Positions 28,564 to 38,688 are shown, counted from the stretch's first letter. The stretch is 64,000 nt of DNA from Oscillospiraceae bacterium (GCA_009777835.1 WRKZ01000001.1:23696-87695), one strand, 5' to 3'. Notes: generated from the letters alone by a model not told the origin. Numbers and translations: made by a program.

Positions 28564-28609
28564 TAATACGAACCCCTTATCGATGAACATCGGGTAGGGG
28601 TTCGTATTA
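28564..28609. terminator. Long hairpin between two convergent tRNA genes
   Basis: 14-bp stem taatacgaacccct/aggggttcgtatta. Confidence 0.7.
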
Positions 28610-28620
28610 GTCTTGTTTCC

Positions 28621-28694
28621 TGCACCATCAGGGACTCGAACCCCGGACCTACCGGTTATGAGCCGGTAGCTCTAACCAACTGAGCTAATGGTGC
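28621..28694 (-). tRNA. tRNA with CAT anticodon, most likely tRNA-Ile2 (lysidine type)
   Basis: GCACCAT/ATGGTGC acceptor, ACCGG-CTCATAA-CCGGT arm; loop CTCATAA resembles Firmicutes Ile2 rather than elongator Met (TTCATAC); paired position 1-72 excludes initiator. Confidence 0.9.
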
Positions 28695-28739
28695 TATTAT
28701 ACTGCTTGTCGGACAAAAAATCCCTGATTTTTATTGAAA

Positions 28740-28827
28740 GTAAGGGTGTAATACCCCGCCCCTTGGGGCGGCACTCTCGCCCGCAGGGCGAGGTGTGCAG
28801 GGCTTGCCCTGCGGTGTTACCTTACAT
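28740..28827. repeat. Repeat family B (MITE/REP-like, about 87 bp), copy 1
   Basis: Highly similar to 50773-50858; internal hairpins ctcgcccgcagggcgag and cagggcttgccctg; gtaagg/ccttac ends. Confidence 0.85.
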
Positions 28828-28985
28828 CAATTCGATTTTTATATGCCGATTTTTATATGCCGACAAGTAGTATAGCATATTTCTTTGAGAATTTCTACTA
28901 TAATTTGAAAATTCGGCATTTTGCACAAAAAACAGCGGTCGATTTTAGTGAAATTCGCCAAATTTTACATTTAGCTAGCACATAC

Positions 28986-29014
28986 TTGACATAACAAAAT
29001 TTCTATGATAAAAT
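28986..29014 (+). promoter_or_regulatory. Sigma-A promoter for the MATE-recJ-srtB-rel operon
   Basis: TTGACA-N17-TAAAAT; ATG 9 nt downstream, no SD. Confidence 0.75.
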
Positions 29015-29023
29015 AAATAAATT

Positions 29024-30412
29024 ATGATGCGTGATATGACGAAGGGAAAACCTTTCCCGATAATAATTCGGTTTTGCATACCAATCCTGTTGGGGAGTCT
29101 GTTTCAGCAGGCGTATAACATGGTAGACGCTCTAATTGTGCGTCGCTTCGTGGGATTGGACGAGATGGGGGCGGTTCTGTCCACCGGTTCTCTGCATTTT
29201 ATGATAATCGGTGGGATTATCGGCTTGACTACGGGGTTCTCCATACCGATTTCCCGTTCATTCGGGGCGGGCGACCACGTCGAGATGCGTAAACTCGCCG
29301 CGAACGCTTTCTATCTGTGCGGATTTTTCTCGGTAATTCTTACCGCATTGACCTTGGTCTTCATTCGGCAGCTTCTTGTCTTCATGCAGACCCCCGCCGA
29401 AACGATTGAAGCGGCATACTCTTACATAATAGTGTTATTCGGCTCAATCCCCGTGATTATGGCGTATAACATACTTGTTGCCCTGCTCCGCTCATTGGGT
29501 GACAGCAAGACTCCTCTTTATTTCTTGACGGTTTCCTGCTTTTTAAACATAATCCTTGACCTGCTTTTCATAGCCGTTTTCAAATGGGGGACGGCGGGGG
29601 CGGCGTGGGCAACGGTGATTTCGACTTTTGTGGCGGTTGTCTTGTGCTTTATTCATATACGAAAGAATTTCCCGGCTTTGTATTTTGGCAAGGGTGAGTT
29701 CAAGTTTTGCCGTAAACGTTCCGCCGTATTACTGCGAAACGGCGTTCCTATGGCGTTACAGTTTTCGATTACAGCGGTGGGGAGCGTGATTATTCAGCGG
29801 GCGGTGAACAGTTTCGGTGCGATTGCGGTTTCGGCAATCGGAACGGCGGCGCGGTTGCAGATTTTCGTAATGCAACCGATGGAAGCACTCGGCTTAACAA
29901 TGGCGACCTATTGCGCACAAAACCTCGGCGCGGGAAAACTTCACCGTATAAAAAAGGGAATCCGGTTGAGCATGATTACGGTACTGATTTACAGTGTCGT
30001 CACCGGATTGCTAATCATTTTTGCGGGGCGATACCTGGCTTTCTTGATTATCGGATTAGGCGCGGGTTCGGCGGAGGAATCCGCAGGCATAGCCGAAGCG
30101 ATGGGGTATATCAAGCAGTTTCAAATCGTGAACGGCAGCTTCCATTGGCTGTTGGGGATTCTGTTTATCGTACGGAATTCGGTTCAGGGATTGGGTTACA
30201 GCAAAGTCACCATGTTAGCGGGGGTGAGTGAGCTTTTTGCGAGGGCGGCGGTGGCGTTCATGCTGGTACCGTTCTTCGGGTTTAATGCGATTTGTTTCGC
30301 GAATCCTATGGCATGGCTTGCCGCCGATATACTACTGATTATTGTGTTCTTGACTTTGATGAGGAAGTTTTCGAGAATTAATCGTCATGATTTAAAAGGT
30401 AAAATCTCATGA
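29024..30412 (+). CDS. MATE family efflux transporter
   Basis: MTKGKP..IIRF.IP.LLG.LFQQ.YN.VD, LRSLGDSKTPL, QNLGAG; about 12 TM. Confidence 0.93.
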   Translation: MMRDMTKGKPFPIIIRFCIPILLGSLFQQAYNMVDALIVRRFVGLDEMGAVLSTGSLHFMIIGGIIGLTTGFSIPISRSFGAGDHVEMRKLAANAFYLCGFFSVILTALTLVFIRQLLVFMQTPAETIEAAYSYIIVLFGSIPVIMAYNILVALLRSLGDSKTPLYFLTVSCFLNIILDLLFIAVFKWGTAGAAWATVISTFVAVVLCFIHIRKNFPALYFGKGEFKFCRKRSAVLLRNGVPMALQFSITAVGSVIIQRAVNSFGAIAVSAIGTAARLQIFVMQPMEALGLTMATYCAQNLGAGKLHRIKKGIRLSMITVLIYSVVTGLLIIFAGRYLAFLIIGLGAGSAEESAGIAEAMGYIKQFQIVNGSFHWLLGILFIVRNSVQGLGYSKVTMLAGVSELFARAAVAFMLVPFFGFNAICFANPMAWLAADILLIIVFLTLMRKFSRINRHDLKGKIS

Positions 30413-32514
30413 TTAAAAAGTGGAATGTAAAAAATTTCAAGGCTGAAATAACCAGTCCGGTGGTTGCAGGGCTGAGTCCGCTTGCGAAGGACGTTCTTGC
30501 CGCACGCTCCGTTACCGATGTGGAGTCGGCACACAACTTTTTTAATGCGGAACTGTTTCACTCGCCTTTTCTTTTGAAAGACATGGATAAAGCCGTTGAA
30601 ATCGTAAAAGAAGTGTTGGAGAACGGCGGACGAATCACCGTATACGGTGACTATGACTGTGACGGAATTACCGCTACGGTTATGCTTTACAGTTATCTCA
30701 CCGCGCTCGGCGGGGAGGTTGACTGGTACATACCTTCCCGGGGGGAAGGATACGGACTTAACGCTGCGGCAATCGAGAAAATCGCTGTGGGCGGTACAGA
30801 GTTGATTATAACCGTGGATAACGGGATTTCAGCCTTCGCGGAGGCTGAGTTAATCAAGCAAAAAGGCATCAAGCTAATCATAACTGACCATCATACCCCT
30901 TATAAAAACGGTGAATGTCTTCCGCAAGCCGATGCGATAATAAATCCGAAACAGAGGGATTGCAGTTACCCTTTCAAGGAATTAGCCGGGTGCGGCGTAG
31001 CACTCAAACTGATTTGCGCAATGGAAAACTCCGACGGGGCAGACGTAATCGAACAATACGGCGATTTAGCCGCAATCGGCACAATTGCCGATATAGTCCC
31101 CATTACAGATGAAAACCGCCAGATTGTCGCATTGGGGCTTCAACATCTCGAATACTCCGAAAATATCGGGTTGCATTGTCTTATGAAGAAGGCAGGTCTG
31201 GGAGAATCCCATATAGATTCGACTGCGTTGGCATTTATCCTCTGTCCGCGGATTAATGCGGCGGGGCGGCTTGCACATCCGGGAAAAGCGGTCGAACTCC
31301 TGCTTTGCGAGAATCATGAAATCGCCTCGGCAAAAGCCGAAGAGCTCAACGCACTTAATCGGCAACGGGTGGAAGAAGAGCGTGAAATTATTTCGCAAAT
31401 TGAGAAACTTTTGAGCGAAAACCCCCGACTTCTAAAGCAAAGGGTGTTGGTTTTATCGGGAAAAGACTGGAATCCCGGAATAATCGGGATTATCGCCTCC
31501 CGCATGGTGACACGATACGGCAAACCCTGCGTGGTAATCACTCATGAGGTGGCTTCGACGACAGCAAAAGCAGAACAAGAGCAACGGGCGGCGGCTTCGC
31601 CGTCGGCAGGTTGCTTGACGACAGCAAAAGCGAGTTGTCGCTCGGTCGGCGGATTCTCGGTTTATGAGATGTTGGCGTTCTGCGGTGATTTGTTGGTCAA
31701 TTTCGGCGGACACGCGGGTGCGGGGGGATTTTCGCTTGAAAGCGAGAAAATCGAGGCATTGACCGAACGGATTCACGAATACGCGAGAACCCGCTTCACC
31801 GTCATGCCGGAACTTGAAGTCGGGGCTGATTCAATCCCGAACGCACATGATATAAACGTCGAAAACGTTGAAAAACTAGAGATGGTTCAGCCGTTTGGCG
31901 AAGGTAATACCGTACCGATTTTCTACCTGCCGAATTGTTTAATCAAGAGCAAACGTCCGCTGAAAGAAGGCAAGTACATTTCGTTTACCGCCGAGTATCA
32001 AGGCAGAGATTTCAAGGTGCTGGACTTTTCGCGGAGTTATGCCGATTTTTGGTATAAAATCGGAGATATGGTTGACTTGATGCTCAATTTTTCGATTAAC
32101 GAATACAATGATTCTAAAGACGTGAGCATGAAGATTGTTGATATACGACTTTCGGGATTGTCGCAGGACAGATTTTTCTTGGCGAAGGCGACTTATGAAC
32201 AGGTCGTGCGGGATGAGGAAATCGACGGCAATCTGTATTCGCGGATTGTTCCGGGCGATTCCGACATGAAACGTGCCTACGACATAATCAGAAACAGCGG
32301 TTGTCTTGATGAAATCGTTCAAAGGGGCGTGAAGTCGGGAATAAACTACTGTATGCTCCGTGTGATTATCGATGTGTTTGAGGAAATGGGGCTGCTCACG
32401 TTGAATCCTGTGACAGGGGGGATTGAAATGAACAAATCAGGGACAAAAGCGGACTTAAACAAGTCTGAGGTGCTTATAAATTTAAAGCTGAAAGCGGAAA
32501 GGAGTTCTGGCTAA
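30409..32514 (+). CDS. recJ: Single-stranded DNA exonuclease RecJ, with a 20-aa repeat-derived insertion
   Basis: YGDYDCDG, ITVDNG, TDHH, GTIAD, PRINAAGR, GGHAGAGG, PFGEGN. Confidence 0.95.
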   Translation: MIKKWNVKNFKAEITSPVVAGLSPLAKDVLAARSVTDVESAHNFFNAELFHSPFLLKDMDKAVEIVKEVLENGGRITVYGDYDCDGITATVMLYSYLTALGGEVDWYIPSRGEGYGLNAAAIEKIAVGGTELIITVDNGISAFAEAELIKQKGIKLIITDHHTPYKNGECLPQADAIINPKQRDCSYPFKELAGCGVALKLICAMENSDGADVIEQYGDLAAIGTIADIVPITDENRQIVALGLQHLEYSENIGLHCLMKKAGLGESHIDSTALAFILCPRINAAGRLAHPGKAVELLLCENHEIASAKAEELNALNRQRVEEEREIISQIEKLLSENPRLLKQRVLVLSGKDWNPGIIGIIASRMVTRYGKPCVVITHEVASTTAKAEQEQRAAASPSAGCLTTAKASCRSVGGFSVYEMLAFCGDLLVNFGGHAGAGGFSLESEKIEALTERIHEYARTRFTVMPELEVGADSIPNAHDINVENVEKLEMVQPFGEGNTVPIFYLPNCLIKSKRPLKEGKYISFTAEYQGRDFKVLDFSRSYADFWYKIGDMVDLMLNFSINEYNDSKDVSMKIVDIRLSGLSQDRFFLAKATYEQVVRDEEIDGNLYSRIVPGDSDMKRAYDIIRNSGCLDEIVQRGVKSGINYCMLRVIIDVFEEMGLLTLNPVTGGIEMNKSGTKADLNKSEVLINLKLKAERSSG
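31557..31631. repeat. Repeat family A copy, in frame inside recJ
   Basis: 60-bp unit bounded by gacgacagcaaaagc (31557-71, 31617-31); aligns by eye at roughly 80% to the reverse complement of 25369-25433. Confidence 0.85.
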
Positions 32515-33474
32515 ATGAAACGTATACCTTTATTATTGTTGCTGATTTTGCTGATTACGGCAATCAGCGTAACGGGGTGCAGTAAAGTTGATGACGGGGT
32601 TCCTGAGGAAACACCTGACAGCAGTACTGAGGCAGAGACCACCGAGCCGCCGGAAGAAACGGGTGAGCCTGAACCGCAAATTCCCGAGTTGCCGCCGATG
32701 CTCCCCGATTATCTTGAGTTCTATGAAATCAATGAGGATGTGGTGGGACATTTGAGAATTGACGGAACGAAAATCAATTATCCGGTGCTTCAAGGCCCGA
32801 ACAACGACTTCTACATGGACCACAACATTTACAAGCAGGAAGATAAGATTAACGGTTCGGTTACTGCCGATTATAAGAACCGTTTCAACGGCTACGAAAT
32901 CTCCGATAATACGGTTTTGTTCGGGCATAACAATGCGGGGAATTTTCTGTCGGTGGGTCAACTGACGCGGTATTACTTCGGTGCGCTTGACGGTTCGTTG
33001 GCTTTTTACAAATCGAACCCGGTGGTGTATTTCGATACCATGTACGAAAAAATCGAGTGGAAGGTGTTTGCGGGGGTGCTGTTTAACACGCAAGATCGAT
33101 ACGGCGAACGTGTTTTCTTCTGGAATCATACCGATTTCGCTAACGAAAAAGACTTTCATGATTATATCCGAATGGTAATGGACAGGAGTCCGTTTTTCAC
33201 CGATGTTGATATCGAATACGGCGACCAAATTCTCTCGCTTATGACGTGTTATTACCCCGGTCCCGATGTCGATGCGCGGTGGGTGGTGTTCGCACGGCGG
33301 GTTCGTCCCGGGGAGAGTAACGAGGTCGATACAAGCAAAGCTATTTTTAACCGCGATTATTTCCGTTTTGGAAAGAGTTCCGGCGAAAGTACCTGGGACA
33401 CGTCTTATTTGAAGAGTCTTTCGGGTGAATCGGGTGAGTTGCCGCCGGTCGGCAAATGGAGGAAGTATGAATAG
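32515..33474 (+). CDS. srtB: Class B sortase with a lipoprotein signal
   Basis: Lipobox VTGC; INYPVLQGPNNDFY, LFGHN (His), LSLMTCY (Cys), RWVVFAR (Arg). Confidence 0.9.
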   Translation: MKRIPLLLLLILLITAISVTGCSKVDDGVPEETPDSSTEAETTEPPEETGEPEPQIPELPPMLPDYLEFYEINEDVVGHLRIDGTKINYPVLQGPNNDFYMDHNIYKQEDKINGSVTADYKNRFNGYEISDNTVLFGHNNAGNFLSVGQLTRYYFGALDGSLAFYKSNPVVYFDTMYEKIEWKVFAGVLFNTQDRYGERVFFWNHTDFANEKDFHDYIRMVMDRSPFFTDVDIEYGDQILSLMTCYYPGPDVDARWVVFARRVRPGESNEVDTSKAIFNRDYFRFGKSSGESTWDTSYLKSLSGESGELPPVGKWRKYE

Positions 33475-35800
33475 TAATCAAAACAGTGAGCCCGAAGGCA
33501 AAATTGCGGGCAAAACCGATGGTGATTTTAACGAAAAAGATTTTTCGGAAGATTTTTCAAAAGAAGCGTTGTGGGAGCGGATTCTGACGAAAGCCAGGAG
33601 TACCGAAAAAAAATACGATGAGGTGAAACTCCAAAAAGCGTACGAAGTCTCGTTCGAGGCGCATGACGGGGTTCGACGTAAAAGCGGTGAGCCGTATATC
33701 GTTCACCCGGTTGAAGTCGCCGAAATCCTCCTTGAACTCTGTATGGACACCGATACAATCGCGGCTTCGCTGTTGCATGATGTTGTGGAGGACAATAATA
33801 TCATGTTCCCGCTTTCGGATATACGGCGGCGATTCGGTGATGATATTGCGAACCTGGTTGACGGGGTCACGAAAATCGGGTTTGTTACCGCTAAATCGGG
33901 GGAGAATATTCAACAGCAGATTCATGCCTCTACTGCGGAAGAACGTAAGAACGAAAATGTGCGCAAAATCTTGATTTCCATGTGTAACGATACGCGGGTT
34001 TTCATTATAAAACTCGCCGACCGCCTGCATAATATGAGAACGCTCGGTGCGTTTCGTGTTGAGAAGCAAAAGAGAATCGCACTCGAAAGTATGAGCTTTT
34101 ACGCACCTATTGCCCATCGTCTCGGAATCGCGCATATGAAAGACGAACTGGAAGACCGTTCGTTATATTATCTCGATAATTTCGCTTATAAAGAAATCGT
34201 AGACACGCTGGAACGCCATAAACTCAACTGCGGTGATTTTATTGAGCAAATCAAGTCGAAAATTCAAGAGCGACTCAGAGGTGTGCCGTTTCCCTCCGAA
34301 ATCGAGGGCAGGGTCAAAGGGATTTACAGTCTTTACAAGAAAATGTACGCAACGGGGAAAACCATTGATGAGATTTATGACGTTTATGCGGTCAGGGTTA
34401 TAATTGAATCGCCGAAATCTCCCGACTGTTATACCGTAATGGGCGAAGTCCATGATATGTACAAACCTATTCCCATGACTTACAAGGACTACATCGCTTC
34501 ACCGAAATTAAACGGATACCAGTCCCTTCATACCACCGTTTTGGGAAGAGAGCGGATTCCCTTTGAAGTGCAGATTCGTACCCGGGATATGCACAATACC
34601 GCACGATACGGGGTTGCGGCACATTGGCGGTACAAGAGCGGAACTTTCGCGCCTAAACAGCACGAAAACAAGTTCGATTATATCAGACAGCTTCTGGAAC
34701 AGCAACAACAGTCAGACGATGTTGACAGCCTTTCCAACGCCATTAAGACCGACCTTTCACCCGACGAAGTCCATCCCATGACCCCGAAAGGTGAGTCTAA
34801 GACCCTCCCGAAAGGTTCTACCGTGGTTGACTTTGCGTATCTGATTCATACACAGGTCGGCAATAAGATGATTGGTGCGAAAATCCGCGGGAAACAGGTC
34901 AGTTTCGACCATGCACTCGAAACCGGTGATGTTGTTGAAATTATCACGTCGGACTCGCCGAACCACGGGCCTACACGTTCGTGGTTGGATTATGCGAAAA
35001 CAAGTCACGCACGCGCAAAGATTCAGAGTTGGCTTAAGAGCATACGCCGACCCGAAAATATTTCGTCGGGGCGGGCTTTAATCGACAGCGTACTCCGTCG
35101 GGATAACATCAAAGCCGACGATGAATCGCTGGATTTGTTGGCTAAACGGCACAAATTCAACTCGCTGGAAGCGTTGTGTGCGGCAATCGGTTACGGTGGG
35201 GTCAAAACCACCGATGTGACCGACTGGATTCAAAAAGAACTGGGCAAAAAACCCGAAATCTTTTCGCCGCCTACCCGGGAAGAATTACAGGAACAAATCG
35301 AGCAGACCCGCAAGAAGAAACAGTCGGGCGGGGTGAGCGTTAAGGGAATCGATGATTGTCGGACACGATTCGCGAGTTGTTGTAATCCACTCCCCGGCGA
35401 TGATATAATCGGATTTGTTACGCGGGGTTACGGTGTTTCCATTCACAAGAGGGATTGCACGAACATTACGGCGAGAATGGATTCACAAGAGGGCAAAGAA
35501 CGTTTAATCGAAGCCGAATGGGCAGAAACCGAAAATGAATCCTATTGCGTTACCATTGAAATAATCGGGGTTGACAGGAAAGGGCTTCTCATGGACATTA
35601 TCGCCTGCGTTTCGTCCAACCATATCCCGATAATCTCTAATAATTCCCGAACGCTCAAAAACGGAAACGCATTCATCAGTTTGACGTTCAGCATTACCGG
35701 GATGGAACAACTGAACAAACTCATAGCGCGGCTCAACAAGGTCGCAGGGGTGATTAGCGTAGAAAGGACGGGTAATAGGGGTGAAAATAACAAGTCTTAA
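33467..35800 (+). CDS. relA: Bifunctional (p)ppGpp synthetase/hydrolase Rel
   Basis: RKSGEPYIVHP, LLHDVVED, KLADRLHNMRTL, GRVK, YQSLHT, EVQIRT, TGS domain, CCNPLPGD, ACT domain. Confidence 0.96.
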   Translation: MNSNQNSEPEGKIAGKTDGDFNEKDFSEDFSKEALWERILTKARSTEKKYDEVKLQKAYEVSFEAHDGVRRKSGEPYIVHPVEVAEILLELCMDTDTIAASLLHDVVEDNNIMFPLSDIRRRFGDDIANLVDGVTKIGFVTAKSGENIQQQIHASTAEERKNENVRKILISMCNDTRVFIIKLADRLHNMRTLGAFRVEKQKRIALESMSFYAPIAHRLGIAHMKDELEDRSLYYLDNFAYKEIVDTLERHKLNCGDFIEQIKSKIQERLRGVPFPSEIEGRVKGIYSLYKKMYATGKTIDEIYDVYAVRVIIESPKSPDCYTVMGEVHDMYKPIPMTYKDYIASPKLNGYQSLHTTVLGRERIPFEVQIRTRDMHNTARYGVAAHWRYKSGTFAPKQHENKFDYIRQLLEQQQQSDDVDSLSNAIKTDLSPDEVHPMTPKGESKTLPKGSTVVDFAYLIHTQVGNKMIGAKIRGKQVSFDHALETGDVVEIITSDSPNHGPTRSWLDYAKTSHARAKIQSWLKSIRRPENISSGRALIDSVLRRDNIKADDESLDLLAKRHKFNSLEALCAAIGYGGVKTTDVTDWIQKELGKKPEIFSPPTREELQEQIEQTRKKKQSGGVSVKGIDDCRTRFASCCNPLPGDDIIGFVTRGYGVSIHKRDCTNITARMDSQEGKERLIEAEWAETENESYCVTIEIIGVDRKGLLMDIIACVSSNHIPIISNNSRTLKNGNAFISLTFSITGMEQLNKLIARLNKVAGVISVERTGNRGENNKS

Positions 35801-36419
35801 ACTCGGCACGTTCGAGACTAATACCTACATCGTGATTTCGGGGAATCGGGCGGCGGTCATTGACCCGGCGGGAGAATCTTCGAGGATTTTAGATGTTGTT
35901 AAGTCAGAAGGGGCGGAATTAGTTGCGATTCTGCTTACCCACGGACATTTTGACCATACTACTTCTGCGGCGGAATTGAGGGCGGCTACCGGGGCGAAAA
36001 TCCACATTCACGAATATGATAACGAGATGTTGGCAGATATCGACAAGTCTTACGGCAGACTGGATTCGCCGTCGTTCAACGCTTGTATTGCCGACGCTTT
36101 CGTGGAGGACGGAAGCGTGGTTGAAATCGGCGATTTACGTTTCGAGGTAATGCATACTCCGGGTCACTCGAAAGGGAGTGTTTGTTATGTATGTTCTTCC
36201 AAAGAAACAAATGAGGTGATTTTCGCGGGGGATACCCTCTTCGCCGGTTCGGTAGGAAGAATCGACGGGTACGGGGGGAGTCATGATGCGCAGATGGATT
36301 CACTCAGGCGGCTTAAACTGCTTGAGGCGAAGAACGGCGATTATCGGGTTCTTGCCGGTCATGGGGAAGAGACTACTCTTGAACGGGAGAAGCGCAGTAA
36401 TCCGTTTTTAGCGGATTAA
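35781..36419 (+). CDS. MBL-fold metallo-hydrolase (glyoxalase II-like)
   Basis: THGHFDH, TPGHSKGS, GDTLF, GHG; GTG start. Confidence 0.92.
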   Translation: MKITSLKLGTFETNTYIVISGNRAAVIDPAGESSRILDVVKSEGAELVAILLTHGHFDHTTSAAELRAATGAKIHIHEYDNEMLADIDKSYGRLDSPSFNACIADAFVEDGSVVEIGDLRFEVMHTPGHSKGSVCYVCSSKETNEVIFAGDTLFAGSVGRIDGYGGSHDAQMDSLRRLKLLEAKNGDYRVLAGHGEETTLEREKRSNPFLAD

Positions 36420-36436
36420 AGTCTTGACATGAAGAG

Positions 36437-37657
36437 ATGAAGAAAGTTTTACCCGTTTATCCGTATCATTATCACGTTGAACGTATAATCCGCGCGTTCG
36501 GGTTTGAACCTTATGACGTACCTGTTTTCGTGTTTGACGAAAATGCCGACAAACTCACGGTTTGTACTTCAGTGTACGACAGAATGGCGGAAGTCACCGG
36601 GAAGACACTTCCGTGGGGGATTTTCACGGGAGTGCGCCCGATTAGATTTATTCGTGAGAACAGAGGGCAAATCGAAGATTTCAGAATCAGCCCCGCCAGA
36701 TTGGCGTTGGCAGACGAAATCATAGACTTTCAGAGGGCGGTTTTACCCGCCGCGAAAAACGCAGTCTTGTTATATGTCGGGATTCCGTTTTGCCCCGGAC
36801 GATGTGCGTATTGCAGTTTCGTGAGTGAATCGGTGAAGAAGTCGTACCGATTGATTCCCGAGTATGTGGACTTGTTGATTCGTGAGTTGCAAAGCCGGGG
36901 AGAAGCCGTTCGGGAACGCGGCTTTATTCCCGAAGCGATTTATATCGGCGGTGGAACACCTACTTCTCTGCCGTTAGACCAACAAGAACGAATATATCGA
37001 CAAATTCGTGAATTGTCGCCGAATCACAGAGGGAGAGAGTATACAATCGAAGCGGGCAGACCCGAAACCCTCACCCATGAAGTCATAGATTTGCTCAAGC
37101 GTTCGGGTGCGAACCGTATTTCAATCAATCCGCAGAGTATGAACGATAAAACGCTGGAGTTAATCGGGCGGGGACATTCTTCGGGTGACGTTTATTCGGC
37201 TTATGAGCGGGCACGCAGGCAGGATTTCGATTCTGTTAATATGGATTTGATTGCGGGTTTGCCGGGAGAAGACGAGTCGGCTTTTGCGGACAGTTTGAGT
37301 AAAGTTATTGAATTAGCACCCGAAAACATCACGGTACACAGCCTCGCCAAGAAGCGTTCGGCGGTGTTTGCAGGTGAAATCGGAGGCGATTTCACCGAGA
37401 CGGCATACAAAATCCTGAAAAGTGCGGGGTATTCGCCCTATTATCTCTATAGAATGAGCAACAGCGCGGGAGACAACATCGGTTATATGCGAAACGCAGA
37501 AAAAATCGGGATTTACAACGTCGCTATGATGGATGAAAGCGTGAACGTCCTGGGAGCGGGGTGCGGTGCGGCAACCCGGATTATCACCGATTCCGGTAAA
37601 ATTCAAAAGCATTATAATCCGAAATATCCGTATGAATATATTAAGTCGCAATATTGA
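36437..37657 (+). CDS. hemZ: HemZ-type radical SAM protein, N-terminally shortened
   Basis: PWGIFTGVRP, GIPFCPGRCAYCSF, YIGGGTP, EAGRPET, NMDLIAGLPGE. Confidence 0.85.
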   Translation: MKKVLPVYPYHYHVERIIRAFGFEPYDVPVFVFDENADKLTVCTSVYDRMAEVTGKTLPWGIFTGVRPIRFIRENRGQIEDFRISPARLALADEIIDFQRAVLPAAKNAVLLYVGIPFCPGRCAYCSFVSESVKKSYRLIPEYVDLLIRELQSRGEAVRERGFIPEAIYIGGGTPTSLPLDQQERIYRQIRELSPNHRGREYTIEAGRPETLTHEVIDLLKRSGANRISINPQSMNDKTLELIGRGHSSGDVYSAYERARRQDFDSVNMDLIAGLPGEDESAFADSLSKVIELAPENITVHSLAKKRSAVFAGEIGGDFTETAYKILKSAGYSPYYLYRMSNSAGDNIGYMRNAEKIGIYNVAMMDESVNVLGAGCGAATRIITDSGKIQKHYNPKYPYEYIKSQY

Positions 37658-37697
37658 TGCGCAACGAAAGTTGCGGAATAAATAGGAGGATTTACAA

Positions 37698-38636
37698 ATG
37701 AAGGTATTATCAACAATAACCATGAACCGGAGGGTGAATGACGATGTATTCAGCTACATCATGTCATCGGAGGGGGATTATTTCCGCCAACTTGCCGAAA
37801 CTGCCATGTCGCTAATCAAACACGAAAAAGAAAAGCCGATTATTTTGCTTTCGGGACCTTCGGGTTCGGGCAAAACCACGACTGCTTTTCGGCTGAAGGG
37901 GTTGCTTCGTGATTTAGGTGTTAAAACCTACGCGCTGTCGATGGATAACTATTTCTTGACTGTAGACGACCCCAGGAACGAACGCGAACCCGATGGTTCG
38001 ATTGACTTTGAGTCTCCCAAACGCCTCGATATGGATTTGTTGGACGAACATTTGGATAAGCTTTTCAACGGGGAAGAGTTCACGTTACCGGTGTTCGACT
38101 TCGCGAATCAACGTCAACTCAAAGGCAAGCAGTTTAGGCGAAAAGAGCATGAGATGGTTATAATCGAGGGGATTCACTCGCTCAATCCCGCAGTCACCGG
38201 CAGAGTTTCGGAACACGCCGCCGGGGTCTACGTCAGTGTTCGCACACGTATGAAGCGTGAAAGCGGTGAGCTTATTCACCCATCGAAAATACGTTTAATG
38301 CGCAGATTAGTCCGGGATAAACTTTTCCGTGGGAGAGAGGCGGCGCAAACGCTGGAATTTTTCGAGAAAGTCCAACTCGGCGAGAAGAAGTATATTCTTC
38401 CGCATAAGTGCTATGCCGAGCATAATATCGACACCTTCATCGCTTATGAAGCGGCAGCGTATAAAAACTTCCTTACCGAGGAACTTACCGCGCTTCGCGA
38501 CAGTAATTATGAAGGATTCGAGAAATATGAGGATATGCTGCTTATTTTGGACGAACTCGTGGGGGTGGATTTAACTCCGGTTCCGTCTACGTCGCTTGTG
38601 CGTGAATTCGCAGGGGGAAGCAGCTTCGAGTATTAA
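37698..38636 (+). CDS. Uridine/nucleoside kinase family P-loop protein
   Basis: LSGPSGSGKTT, SMDNYF, DFESP, IIEGIH, RLMRRLVRD. Confidence 0.85.
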   Translation: MKVLSTITMNRRVNDDVFSYIMSSEGDYFRQLAETAMSLIKHEKEKPIILLSGPSGSGKTTTAFRLKGLLRDLGVKTYALSMDNYFLTVDDPRNEREPDGSIDFESPKRLDMDLLDEHLDKLFNGEEFTLPVFDFANQRQLKGKQFRRKEHEMVIIEGIHSLNPAVTGRVSEHAAGVYVSVRTRMKRESGELIHPSKIRLMRRLVRDKLFRGREAAQTLEFFEKVQLGEKKYILPHKCYAEHNIDTFIAYEAAAYKNFLTEELTALRDSNYEGFEKYEDMLLILDELVGVDLTPVPSTSLVREFAGGSSFEY

Positions 38637-38649
38637 TATATAGTCGCAG

Positions 38650-38688
38650 AAAAAAATCCTCGCTTTTTCAGTGAGCGAGGATTTTTTT
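38650..38688. terminator. Bidirectional terminator
   Basis: aaaaaaatcctcgct/agcgaggattttttt between convergent genes. Confidence 0.85.

Noticed and set aside
28696-28701. TATAAT as the -10 box of the CAT tRNA
   Set aside because: Only 1 nt from the mature 5' end and no -35 at proper spacing
28440-28980. tRNA-targeted genomic island
   Set aside because: No integrase, no duplicated tRNA end and housekeeping genes on both sides
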